DNA of 32,000 nt from Candidatus Scalindua sp. (lineage in GTDB: Bacteria > Planctomycetota > Brocadiia > Brocadiales > Scalinduaceae), in assembly GCA_031316235.1 (NCBI GenBank), contig JALDRA010000001.1, positions 1,380,001 to 1,412,000 on the forward strand, in the 5' to 3' direction. The position numbers were made by a program, and so were the translations under genes. Every line of letters begins with the position of its first letter. Position 1 is the stretch's first letter. The notes below the pieces were generated by a model that saw nothing but the letters and a program-made list of their open reading frames with translations, did not search any database and was not told the DNA's origin. Positions 17,205 through 26,345 of this stretch are shown piece after piece.

Positions 17205-19379
17205 ATGATTGAAAAAAACATGATAAACCAACCAGATATTCCTCTTCAAACAATCGGTTTTTTTGAAAAGTTATTAAGGGCTTCTGCGGATGGAATCATG
17301 ATTGTGGATGCATCCCATAACATCATTGTTGCAAATGAGGCATTCTGCGAATTTTTTCAACACAAGAGAAGCGAGATCATTGAAACGGACCTGTTTTACT
17401 GGCTAGAGCAACTTGACACCAATGCTATTAAAAACTGGACAAAACTTGAGAAAATAGTTCATGCAGAAGGCATCTGTCGTGACGCTGAGTTCAAATTTGC
17501 CACAGAACAATACGGATCAAAATATCTCAGTGTCAATGCCTCTGTTTTGAAACGTGTAGGATTAGAAGAAACCGGCGTTATCATCAGCATCTGGCGCGAT
17601 GTTACGGAGCAGAAAAAGACCGAAAAAGTACTGGAGCTGCGTGAAAAACAACAAGCCGTAATCAGTAATTTAGGCGTACTTGCACTCTCAACACAAACAG
17701 ACGTATCTGAGCTGATGAATGAAGCGGTTAATCAGGTCGCAAAGACACTTGAAGTCGATTATTGCAGCGTCTTTGAACTTCTGCCCGGAGGAGAAGAAAT
17801 GCTTATGCGATCAGGAGCGGGCTGGAACAAAGGTACCGTAGGAAACACAACCCTGGAAGCCAATCACAATCAACACACATTTGATACCATCTTATCCCGT
17901 GAACCTTCCATATTCCAGGATATCCGAACCGAAACAGCGTTACATGATACGAAACTATTCCATGATCACAAAATTGTCAGTGGTATGCATACTGTTGTCT
18001 ACGACAAGGAGAAACCATTTGGAATACTAGGAGTATACACTACAGACCTGCATCAATTCAGTAAAGATAACGTCCATTTTCTTCAAGCCATAGCAAACAT
18101 GCTCTCAAATTCAATGAAGCGAAAGCGCTTAGAGACAGATTTAAAGATCCTGAACAGATCATTGGAAAAACGTGTTAATGCCCGAACCGAAGAGCTTTCT
18201 GAAAAAAACCAGGAATTACTTTCTGAAATTTCCGAACGCAAGCAAATAGAAGAGACACTCCTGCAATCGGAAAAACTAAAGGCATTGGGAGTCATGAGTT
18301 CAGGTGTCGCCCATGAGTTCAATAATATCCTTGCAATAATCATGGGATATGCCCAACTGATGCAACAAGGATACGGGGATCATAAAAAACTCGGAAAAAG
18401 TATTCGGGTTATTATAGAAGCTACCAAAGATGGAGCTGAGATTGTCCGCAGGATGCAGGAGTTTACTAATCTAAAAAAAGATTCTGCACTGTATGTTTTG
18501 CTGGACATGAAGGATATGATACAACAGGCAATTGACTATACCATGCCTAAATGGAAACACATGGCCCAGGCCAATGGAATAGATTACCATATCGACTTTA
18601 CTGACGTAAGAGAAACACCTCCGGTATCCGGTAACACCGCAGAGTTGAAAGAGGTATTGGTAAATATAATTAATAACGCCTTAGATGCTATGCCTGAAGG
18701 AGGTACCCTTACCTTTAGTACATGGAAGAGGAACAACGTTGTTTTTGTCAGCATATCCGACACCGGTGAAGGGATGTATGAAGATGTACAGAAGCAGATA
18801 TTTGACCCTTTTTTTTCTACCAAATTACCAACTGGAAGTGGGCTGGGTCTGAGTGCTGCTTACGGCATAATGGTCAGGCACGGAGGTAATATAATGGTAG
18901 AAAGCGAGGTTGGGAATGGGAGTACATTCGTTTTGAGCTTGCCTGTATCTGAAGAAATTTCCAGGCCAACGATGTCGTCTGAGCCCTCTCTTGCCTTAAA
19001 AGAAAACAGCTTAAACATCCTGATCGTAGACGATGAGGAATATGTGTGTGAGTTTTTAAGTGAATTTTTTACTGAAGGAGGTCATACGGTTCGAAAAGCA
19101 TGCAATGGCAATGATGCCATCAAGATGCTCATGCATGGCAGTTTTGATCTTTTGCTCTGCGATCTGGTCATGCCTGACGTAACGGGAAAAGATGTTATAA
19201 AAACTCTGGAGACTTCAGGTAAAAAACCACATAAGGTTGGACTCATAACCGGCTGGAACTACAATGCGGAAGATGCGGATAAAGAGGACGTAAAAGTGGA
19301 TTTTATCATAAAGAAGCCTATTGATTTTGATGACCTGCTCAACAAGATCAATAATGCCTTCAGTTTTCAAAAAGTGTGA
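17205..19379 (+). CDS. Hybrid sensor histidine kinase (PAS, GAF, coiled coil, HisKA, HATPase_c, REC)
   Basis: The PAS region is LLRASADGIMIVD...WRDVTEQKK. The GAF region is LEVDYCSVFELL...FGILGVYT. The H-box is SSGVAHEFNNIL. The N and G boxes are NIINNALDAM, DTGEGM and GSGLGLS. The receiver is ILIVDDEE...LLLCDLVMPD. The gene starts 14 nt after the molybdoenzyme stop. Confidence 0.85.
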   Translation: MIEKNMINQPDIPLQTIGFFEKLLRASADGIMIVDASHNIIVANEAFCEFFQHKRSEIIETDLFYWLEQLDTNAIKNWTKLEKIVHAEGICRDAEFKFATEQYGSKYLSVNASVLKRVGLEETGVIISIWRDVTEQKKTEKVLELREKQQAVISNLGVLALSTQTDVSELMNEAVNQVAKTLEVDYCSVFELLPGGEEMLMRSGAGWNKGTVGNTTLEANHNQHTFDTILSREPSIFQDIRTETALHDTKLFHDHKIVSGMHTVVYDKEKPFGILGVYTTDLHQFSKDNVHFLQAIANMLSNSMKRKRLETDLKILNRSLEKRVNARTEELSEKNQELLSEISERKQIEETLLQSEKLKALGVMSSGVAHEFNNILAIIMGYAQLMQQGYGDHKKLGKSIRVIIEATKDGAEIVRRMQEFTNLKKDSALYVLLDMKDMIQQAIDYTMPKWKHMAQANGIDYHIDFTDVRETPPVSGNTAELKEVLVNIINNALDAMPEGGTLTFSTWKRNNVVFVSISDTGEGMYEDVQKQIFDPFFSTKLPTGSGLGLSAAYGIMVRHGGNIMVESEVGNGSTFVLSLPVSEEISRPTMSSEPSLALKENSLNILIVDDEEYVCEFLSEFFTEGGHTVRKACNGNDAIKMLMHGSFDLLLCDLVMPDVTGKDVIKTLETSGKKPHKVGLITGWNYNAEDADKEDVKVDFIIKKPIDFDDLLNKINNAFSFQKV

Positions 19380-19568
19380 TATCTCAGTCTCCTCATCTAC
19401 AATTCCCAGTCAAAAAACTCCTCATCTGTCGAGTTAGAGACTATTTTACCGTACCCTGTTTTCTTAAGGAAGCATCTTCACCCATTCCTGTACACAATAA
19501 AAGGCTGGTTATAACTCAGACATATTGTGGCAATAATACTTTTTGTATTTTTTTTCATGGAGTAAAAC

Positions 19569-20432
19569 ATGACAAAGATGAAACAACTCTATTCGATCAT
19601 GATAAGCGCAATGGGAGTAGAGAATTATGAAATTCCAATGACCGCTGTCAAATTTTTTAAAAAAGAGGATGAGATCCCGGAACCGGTACAAATGAATAAG
19701 CCATCTATCTCATTAACAAGTTGCCAAGCCACAAAACAGGCATCTCTGGGCGATGCAGCTCTTTTAACTTACGATAACATTGGCTGTGTAGCAGCCGCCA
19801 TAACCTTTGGCCTGGTGGATCAGAATCGGACCGAACCGCTTGGTGAATCAAGGGTATATACAGATATTATGCGCGATCAATCCGGATTAGGCGGGGACTT
19901 TAAGCCTCCCTCTCCAAAGGATTTTACCACTGGTACTGTTTATGCCTGTAAAGCCGCAGACCGTATGGATTTTGCTCTTTTCGGCAAGGATGATGTTGGC
20001 CGTTTTAAAGATGAGGAAACTGCCAAAAAAGCTATTGCAGACATGATGGCCATACAACCACCAACTATGAAGGGTGTCTTTTTTTATTCGATAGATTTTG
20101 ATGACCTGGATTTAATACCCGATGTGGTAGTCTTAAACGTTCGATCCGCTGAATTGTCCAGACTCATCCAGGCATATCAATTCAATACGGGAAAACGGGT
20201 AACAGCGAGTATGGGTGGTTTGAGGGTCGTTAACTCTGACCTCATAGTCCGTCCTTATCTGACCCAGGAAATCAATATTGCTCCATATTGTCTTGGAGCC
20301 AGACTTATAGCAGAGTTTGAAGCTGATCGATTGGGTATGGGTATGCCCTTTCACCTCTTTGAGGAGACCGTAAAGGGAATGGAAGACTCCAAGACCGGCT
20401 TCCCCTTCCACCTCTATCCGGGAGTTAGTTGA
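19569..20432 (+). CDS. DUF169 (COG2043) family protein of unknown function
   Basis: The pattern is typical of DUF169: AVKFFKKEDEIPE, SCQATKQA, NIGCVAAAITFGL, PDVVVLNVRSAELSRLIQA, and a C-terminal GMPFHLFEETVKGME. A GGAG site lies 8 nt upstream of the ATG. Confidence 0.65.
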   Translation: MTKMKQLYSIMISAMGVENYEIPMTAVKFFKKEDEIPEPVQMNKPSISLTSCQATKQASLGDAALLTYDNIGCVAAAITFGLVDQNRTEPLGESRVYTDIMRDQSGLGGDFKPPSPKDFTTGTVYACKAADRMDFALFGKDDVGRFKDEETAKKAIADMMAIQPPTMKGVFFYSIDFDDLDLIPDVVVLNVRSAELSRLIQAYQFNTGKRVTASMGGLRVVNSDLIVRPYLTQEINIAPYCLGARLIAEFEADRLGMGMPFHLFEETVKGMEDSKTGFPFHLYPGVS

Positions 20433-20492
20433 AGGAGTGCTGGTTTTTGGGATAAATTCGAGGAAAACGGAGTGAGTCTACCATTAACCAGG

Positions 20493-20532
20493 CTTTGATT
20501 TTTAGAAAACTCTAAAACCAAAGTGGTTTTTT
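20493..20532 (+). terminator. Candidate rho-independent terminator after the DUF169 gene
   Basis: An imperfect AU-rich stem pairs ctttgatttttag with ctaaaaccaaag (one mismatch, one bulge). It is followed by tggtttttt. Confidence 0.4.
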
Positions 20533-20620
20533 AATACAATACGCTTTTGTGATTTGTCATGGTTCCCGATAAACACTTTTTTTCCGCCTATTGTTGAAAT
20601 TTTTTATATGGACATTTTTC

Positions 20621-22057
20621 ATGAATAACCTTGTAAAGACGTTAATAAACAGGATGTCCAGGGTAACACAAACCCCTTTGACACAGAAGCATATGGACAT
20701 CCTTGAGTATGCTCACAATTATTATGAAAAAAACAGGGTAGGACCTCTCTATCTTAATCTAAAAAAAAACACAGGAGCAACCAGAGAAGAGATCGAGAAC
20801 CTGTTTCCCCATGGCCTTACATCTGTCTACACCTGGGTGGGTATTCCGATTCAAACGGGAAGAGAAATTTGTAAACCTATGGCTATGGTAGATGTTGAAG
20901 ACTACCGGGAAGTCTATTTCGATCACAATGCAACAAGCTATATTCGAGATGAAGTAAGAGAGAAGCTCATTAACTATTATCACGGTTCTTATGATTTTGG
21001 CAACCCAAGCAGCAGCACAAATCCTGGTAAAATAGCGTATGATACACTTCAAATGGCTCGCTCCCGGATTTCTGATTGCCTGAAAGTGAATTCGACTGAA
21101 ATATTTTTTACGGGGAGCGGTTCGGAAGCCAACAATATGGCCATTAAGGGAATTGCCTTTCAGCACCTGAAAAACAAAGGACACATTATCAGCAGCAAAG
21201 TGGAACATCCTTCAGTGCTGAAGACCCTCCAGTACTTAGAAAAATTGGGATTTCGAGTGACCTATTTAGATATAGAAAAAAATGGACTCGTTGAAGCCCA
21301 TTCCGTAAAGGACAGTCTGACTGAAGATACCCTCCTCGTTTCTCTTATGGCCGTAAATAATGAGATTGGAGCAATAAATCCTGTTAGTGAAATTGGGGAA
21401 GTCTGTAAGAAAGCAAATGTACCCTTTATGGTCGACGGAATACAGGGATTCTGTAAAATCAAGCTCAAGCCAAAAGAGATGGGAATCTCTTTACTCTCAA
21501 TGTCAGGACACAAGATTTATGCTCCAAAGGGTGTTGCGGCTTTATATGTCAACAAAGATATATCTTTGGAACCATTAATCCATGGAGGAGGACAGGAATT
21601 TGGATTACGCTCCGGAACAGAAAACGTGGGATCAATTATGGCTTTTGGACTGGCTGCTAAACTGGCTCATTCTGAAATGGAAAAAGAAAACAAACGTTTG
21701 CTTGAATTAAGAGATTACTTTTTAGAAGGTCTTCAAAAAATTGAGCCGGACATTATCATCAACGGTTCCCTGGAGCAACGAACCGTTAACAACCTCAACG
21801 TAGGGTTCCCAAATATTGACAGCGGTTCACTGCTGCTCAGCCTGAACCAGATCGGCGTCTATGTCTCTGCCGGGTCTGCTTGCAGTGCGGGAAGCAAAGA
21901 GGCCTCATACGTAATCAAGGCACTCGGAGTGGATACCGGACGTTATGGAATTATAAGATTTAGTTTTGGACTCTCCAATACCAAGGAGGATATCAATTAC
22001 CTCTTCAAGTACCTGCCCTCCATTCTGAAGCAACTGAAGGCCGAGAAAACAGATTGA
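20621..22057 (+). CDS. Fusion protein: N-terminal TusE/DsrC-like sulfur-relay domain plus a NifS/IscS-type class V cysteine desulfurase
   Basis: The N-terminal ~85 aa (LTQKHMDILEYAHNYYEKNRVGP...LFPHGLTSVYTWVGIPIQTGREICKP) parallel the E. coli TusE C-terminal half (LSPEHWEVVRFVRDFY...[23 protein letters not shown]), including the terminal Cys. The remainder is a canonical desulfurase. Its motifs are YFDHNATS, GNPSS, FTGSGSEANN, the PLP lysine in SMSGHKIYAPKG, GGGQEFGLRSGTEN, and the catalytic Cys in SAGSACSAGS. The track start at 20591 is a TTG. The in-frame ATG at 20621 is preferred but uncertain. Confidence 0.8.
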   Translation: MNNLVKTLINRMSRVTQTPLTQKHMDILEYAHNYYEKNRVGPLYLNLKKNTGATREEIENLFPHGLTSVYTWVGIPIQTGREICKPMAMVDVEDYREVYFDHNATSYIRDEVREKLINYYHGSYDFGNPSSSTNPGKIAYDTLQMARSRISDCLKVNSTEIFFTGSGSEANNMAIKGIAFQHLKNKGHIISSKVEHPSVLKTLQYLEKLGFRVTYLDIEKNGLVEAHSVKDSLTEDTLLVSLMAVNNEIGAINPVSEIGEVCKKANVPFMVDGIQGFCKIKLKPKEMGISLLSMSGHKIYAPKGVAALYVNKDISLEPLIHGGGQEFGLRSGTENVGSIMAFGLAAKLAHSEMEKENKRLLELRDYFLEGLQKIEPDIIINGSLEQRTVNNLNVGFPNIDSGSLLLSLNQIGVYVSAGSACSAGSKEASYVIKALGVDTGRYGIIRFSFGLSNTKEDINYLFKYLPSILKQLKAEKTD

Positions 22058-22280
22058 AATTTCAGCAGGAGTAATGAATGTAGCGGCTGGTTGCCGAAAG
22101 CACTCATACTCTGTAATGTAAATGCAATATCTCGCTTTTTTTTGGCATAAGATGGACAAAAACCTAACAGGACACTACTGGTTTTTCAGGTTTGAGAAAC
22201 CAAGCCTATAGATGTTTCAAGACGGGCTAAAAAGCTATCATTCTCAGGGGTACATTCCGTATACCTTTGTGCAAATTTAG

Positions 22281-22408
22281 CATTTATATATCATTTCAGA
22301 AGTTGCCAAGCCAAGAAATTCCTTCCAATCCTCTACCATTTCATTAAAAGCTGATAGCGATGGCGGAGAAAGTAGGTATCCTCTTGACTTTTCCCATAAT
22401 TGATGAGA
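22281..22408. repeat. Family-2 paralogous segment, copy 1 (degraded gene remnant or shared upstream element)
   Basis: ttcagaagttgccaagccaagaaattccttccaatcctctaccatttcattaa aligns with 26113-26165. The flanking tttcccataa block is also shared. Confidence 0.65.
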
Positions 22409-22530
22409 CACTTATCCCGCAGTAAGGTATTTTACTATCAGGGTACCTATTGAACAGGAAAGTACAGGGTAAAAATCTATCGTAGTGTTACCCTGTTACC
22501 CATACCAATTCAATAGAGATAACAATATAT

Positions 22531-24282
22531 ATGAAAGTATTTTCCATACCTCCCGCATATAAAAATTTTCTCACATACGTGAAACCGTACCGATGGTTAA
22601 TCCTCGCCGCAACACTATTTGGGCTTCTGAAATACAACATACCGTTGCTTTTCCCCTGGATTTTTAAAGGGATAATTGATGACTTGCTGAAGCCTTCTTC
22701 CTATGATATCAGGAAATTATACTTTACTATGGCAGCAATGATTTTGCTTTATGTTGTCTGGGCAGTAGCTTCGTATTTCAGGTCTTATTTTGCCGACAGG
22801 ACCGGGCAAAAGATTATTTTTGACTTACGGCAGGAACTCTATGCACACCTTCAGAGAATGTCACTGAATTTTTATGAAAGACGTCAGGTGGGTTCTGTTG
22901 CCGCACGTTTACTTGGCGACATTTCATCTGCACAGAATTTTGTGGGTGCTGCTTTCACCAATACTATAATGGATGCCAGTTCGCTTTTCCTGAATTCATT
23001 AATTCTATTTCATATGAATTGGAGGCTTGCACTGGTTTCTGTTTCCATTTTTCCCTTTCATGTTATGTTAAACAAGTATTTTAAAGCACGGATAAAAAAA
23101 ATGAGCAGGCAGATCCAGCAAAAAATGGAGGACATTTCGGGAAATGTCCACGAAAAACTCGGCGGTATTTCTGTTATACAGGCATACACCAGGGAAAAGA
23201 ATGAAGAAACAATCTTTCTTCAGGACAATCGTGAATATTTATCGTTTCAAATGAAAAATATCAACAATAATGCATTTGCCCATTCGATCATCGGCTTTTT
23301 GACCTATCTGGCTCCAGTGCTTGTCGTCTGGTACGGGGCACTTCAAGTAATCAATCACCGCCTTACCATCGGTGAATTAACGGCGTTTTATGCGTACCTT
23401 GGTTTGTTTTACACCCCTCTCAACCGGCTGACGGAACTGAATATCCTTTTAGCAAATTCCCAGGCAGCTATAGAGAGAATATTTGAGGTGCTTACCACCT
23501 CACCGGAAATCGCCCATGATTCCGGAGAAAGAGAACTTGGATCGGTAAAAGGAGAAATACATTTTGTCAACGTCGGTTTTTCATATCAACCGCCAGCCCA
23601 TACCTTGAGAAATATCAATTTATTCATTCCGGCAGGGTGCACGGTAGCATTGGTTGGCCCGAGTGGCGCAGGAAAATCTACCTGTGTAAAACTTATTCCT
23701 CGATTTTATGACGTGTCTGAAGGGATGATCACAATTGACAGTTTTGATATCAGGGAGTTCAAGCTTGAGGATTTGAGAAAACAAATTGCCACAGTACCAC
23801 AGGAGCCCATTTTATTTTCAGGAACAATATATGAAAATATTCTGTTTGGAAAATCAGACGCTACAGAAGTAGAGATAAAAAATGCAGCGACGTCAGCAAA
23901 TGCCCATGATTTTATTTGCAAACTTCCGAATGGGTATCAGTCTGAAATTGGGGAAGGAGGTTTGAAATTATCGGGGGGGCAAAAGCAGCGTATCGCACTG
24001 GCAAGGGCATTTGTAAAAAATGCGCCGATATTGCTGCTCGATGAGGCGACATCTTCATTAGATTCAGAATCGGAAAATCTCATACAACAGGCATTAAAAC
24101 GACTGATGACGGGCAGAACCACGCTTATTATTGCTCACCGCCTTTCCACAATCCAATCGGCCGATATGATTGTTGTATTTGATAATGGAAAAATTGTAGA
24201 GATTGGCACACATAAGGAATTATTACGGAAACAATATGGCCTTTATCGCCGGCTCTATGAAGAGCAGTTTAACAATAAATAA
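22531..24282 (+). CDS. ABC exporter, fused permease and ATPase (MsbA/lipid-exporter-like)
   Basis: A six-TM ABC_membrane domain is followed by Walker A GPSGAGKST, the signature LSGGQKQRIALARA and Walker B LLLDEATSSLD. Confidence 0.85.
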   Translation: MKVFSIPPAYKNFLTYVKPYRWLILAATLFGLLKYNIPLLFPWIFKGIIDDLLKPSSYDIRKLYFTMAAMILLYVVWAVASYFRSYFADRTGQKIIFDLRQELYAHLQRMSLNFYERRQVGSVAARLLGDISSAQNFVGAAFTNTIMDASSLFLNSLILFHMNWRLALVSVSIFPFHVMLNKYFKARIKKMSRQIQQKMEDISGNVHEKLGGISVIQAYTREKNEETIFLQDNREYLSFQMKNINNNAFAHSIIGFLTYLAPVLVVWYGALQVINHRLTIGELTAFYAYLGLFYTPLNRLTELNILLANSQAAIERIFEVLTTSPEIAHDSGERELGSVKGEIHFVNVGFSYQPPAHTLRNINLFIPAGCTVALVGPSGAGKSTCVKLIPRFYDVSEGMITIDSFDIREFKLEDLRKQIATVPQEPILFSGTIYENILFGKSDATEVEIKNAATSANAHDFICKLPNGYQSEIGEGGLKLSGGQKQRIALARAFVKNAPILLLDEATSSLDSESENLIQQALKRLMTGRTTLIIAHRLSTIQSADMIVVFDNGKIVEIGTHKELLRKQYGLYRRLYEEQFNNK

Positions 24283-24383
24283 CTATTCGAATGATTTGAT
24301 TTAACTTATCATGTGTACGCTATTCCACAAATACTGTTTTTAGAATATTATCTATGTTATTGATCTTTATAAAGGAGATGAAT

Positions 24384-24947
24384 ATGAATTTATGGAAAGA
24401 TTTACCTGTAGGCACTGATTCTCCAAACAGTGTAAACGTCATTGTTGAAATTCCGAAAGGTTCACGCAATAAATACGAATTTGATAAAAAAACAGGCTCG
24501 TTCAGGCTTGACCGTGTTCTCTATTCGTCAATTCACTACCCGGGTGACTACGGGTTGATACCACAGACATTTTATGATGATGGTGATCCACTTGATGTTT
24601 TGGTAATGGTGAATGAGCCGACTTTTTCCGGTTGTATTATACAGGCACGTCCTATCGGGCTGTTTCGGATGAAAGACCGTGGAGAGCCTGATGATAAAAT
24701 TCTTGCCATACCGGAACAAGACCCTTTTTTCAGAGATTATCATGATATTGCGGACATTCCGCAGCATTTTCTGCAGGAAATTGCACACTTCTTTTCCGTG
24801 TATAAGGATTTAGAGGGTTCACATGTTAAAACCATTGGCTGGGAAGGTGCGGCCAACGCAAGGAAATGTATTGTATATTCAGCGGGTTTATACAAAAAAA
24901 AGATGCGGGGAAAAAAGAGTAATACATCTTCAGCAAGGATAAAATAA
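24384..24947 (+). CDS. ppa: Inorganic pyrophosphatase, family I
   Basis: The motifs are NVIVEIPKGSRNKYEFDK and DGDPLDVLVM. The start was moved to the ATG at 24384, which lies 6 nt after AGGAG. The track start at 24354 adds an unlikely 10-aa leader. A lysine-rich C-terminal tail is present. Confidence 0.9.
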   Translation: MNLWKDLPVGTDSPNSVNVIVEIPKGSRNKYEFDKKTGSFRLDRVLYSSIHYPGDYGLIPQTFYDDGDPLDVLVMVNEPTFSGCIIQARPIGLFRMKDRGEPDDKILAIPEQDPFFRDYHDIADIPQHFLQEIAHFFSVYKDLEGSHVKTIGWEGAANARKCIVYSAGLYKKKMRGKKSNTSSARIK

Positions 24948-25056
24948 AGTTTTTTTGCTTGTTGTTCAATCAAAAGCCGTCACAAAACTCTTTCAAATTG
25001 AAAAATCAGCATTGTCGTAATTAAAGAACGGAAAGCAGCTATACGCTTTATGAGAA

Positions 25057-25770
25057 CTACTCGACTTTATACTTTTTTCTTACTTTGATGTTAATAACTT
25101 CAACGATTAAAGAAAAGAATACGGCAAAATAAATGTATCCTTTGGGGACATGATAATGAAAAGCTTCAATAGCCAGCATAAATCCTATTAACATGAGAAA
25201 AGATAATGCCAATACCTGTAAAGTAGGGTGTTTATTAATAAAGGCACTTATTACACCAGAAAATATCATCATTACAATGATAGAAACAATAACAGCAATA
25301 ATCATTAAGATGATTTTATCAGTTAATCCAACAGCAGTTAAAATAGAATCGAAAGAGAAAATCATATCAAGTAATACAATTTGAATAAGAGCCGAACTAA
25401 ATGCTGAAACTTTTTTTACTTCAGTTTCATGTTCATTACCTTCTATTTTGTGATGAATTTCTGAAGTACTTTTGCCAAGCAAAAACAATCCTCCAACAAA
25501 AAGAATGATGTCTCGCCAGCTAAATTCGAAAGAACTGACGGTCAAAACGGTTTTGGTTAAACCAATTAACCACGTAATACCCATTAATAAAAAAATTCTT
25601 AGAATTAGTGCTAACGAAAGCCCGGTTAATCGTGCTTTGTTTTGTTGATGCTCTGGTAGTTTTCCTGCAACTATAGAAATAAATATGATGTTATCTATTC
25701 CCAAAACTATCTCTAAAAAAGTAAGGGTCAGTAAAGCAATCCAGGTATCTAATTGAAGAAATATATCCAT
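25057..25770 (-). CDS. TerC-family integral membrane protein
   Basis: The motif LEIVLGIDNIIFISIV and a repeated TerC-type TM architecture are present. The gene is visibly more AT-rich than its neighbours. Confidence 0.8.
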   Translation of the reverse strand: MDIFLQLDTWIALLTLTFLEIVLGIDNIIFISIVAGKLPEHQQNKARLTGLSLALILRIFLLMGITWLIGLTKTVLTVSSFEFSWRDIILFVGGLFLLGKSTSEIHHKIEGNEHETEVKKVSAFSSALIQIVLLDMIFSFDSILTAVGLTDKIILMIIAVIVSIIVMMIFSGVISAFINKHPTLQVLALSFLMLIGFMLAIEAFHYHVPKGYIYFAVFFSLIVEVINIKVRKKYKVE

Positions 25771-25915
25771 TGTTTAACCATAAAAAAGTTTCTACTTCTG
25801 TTAATTTTTCATACAATCCATAATACGCAGAGTCAATAATCAATCGGGCGAGACCATACCTGTTATCTGTTTTTCTCAGATTTTCGTCCGGTTTTTCCAG
25901 GCTTAAGACGTGCCC

Positions 25916-26032
25916 GTATATATTGAAACCAAATCTCGGTTAATGGTATCCCCGGACAAAAAACGCCGAGGACTTGTACTCGCCCAATTTTATCTCGAAT
26001 TTTATCCGAAATCCAGTATGAGATGAGTATAC
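25916..26032. repeat. Family-1 117-bp TIR repeat, copy C (intergenic)
   Basis: The copy runs from gtatatattgaaaccaaatctcggttaatggtatccccggacaaaaaacgccgaggacttgtactcgcccaattttatctcgaattttatccgaaatccagtatgagatgagtatac. It shares its right 60 nt with copies A and B, its middle with B and its left module with A. Confidence 0.8.
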
Positions 26033-26097
26033 TTTTCATGACGGGTAAAAAACTATCCCTCCCGGGAGATCGTCCCAATACGTTTCTGCTGTTGTGA

Positions 26098-26210
26098 CAT
26101 TTTTATATTTTTTTCAGAAGTTGTCAAGCTAAGAAATTCATTCCAATTGTCTATCATTTCATTAAGCGGTGACTTTTTCAGTAAGATGTTCTCTTTCCCA
26201 TAAACGTGAG
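26098..26210. repeat. Family-2 paralogous segment, copy 2
   Basis: ttcagaagttgtcaagctaagaaattcattccaattgtctatcatttcattaa aligns with copy 1 at roughly 80-85% identity by eye over the core. The minus-strand reading gives ...AAAHVYGKENILLKKSPLNEMIDNWNEFLSLTTSEK, against copy 1 ...FNEMVEDWKEFLGLATSE. Confidence 0.65.
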
Positions 26211-26316
26211 CGGCAGCGCTGCTCAACTTCCACGACTCAGCTTTATCATTAAGTCAGAGCTCTTACGGGATTAATTCCAGGCATCTTAGTGCTTACGAAA
26301 CCTCACGGCTTCGCCC

Positions 26317-26345
26317 TTGCCTTCGGCTGATGGTTGGCGTATAAT
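26317..26345 (+). promoter_or_regulatory. Candidate sigma-70 promoter for sugE, which would give a leader of about 145 nt
   Basis: The site reads TTGCCT (26317-26322), a 17-nt spacer, then TATAAT (26340-26345). Confidence 0.4.

Noticed and set aside
25771-25915. A yybP-ykoY (Mn2+) riboswitch upstream of the TerC-family gene
   Set aside because: TerC-family genes are often preceded by this riboswitch. The roughly 145-nt upstream sequence shows none of the conserved GGAGAGUAG or GGGGAGUAG-type cores that I recall.
25863-26078. A 71-aa minus-strand ORF
   Set aside because: It consists almost entirely of repeat copy C. The open frame is a property of the repeat, so there is no evidence for a gene.
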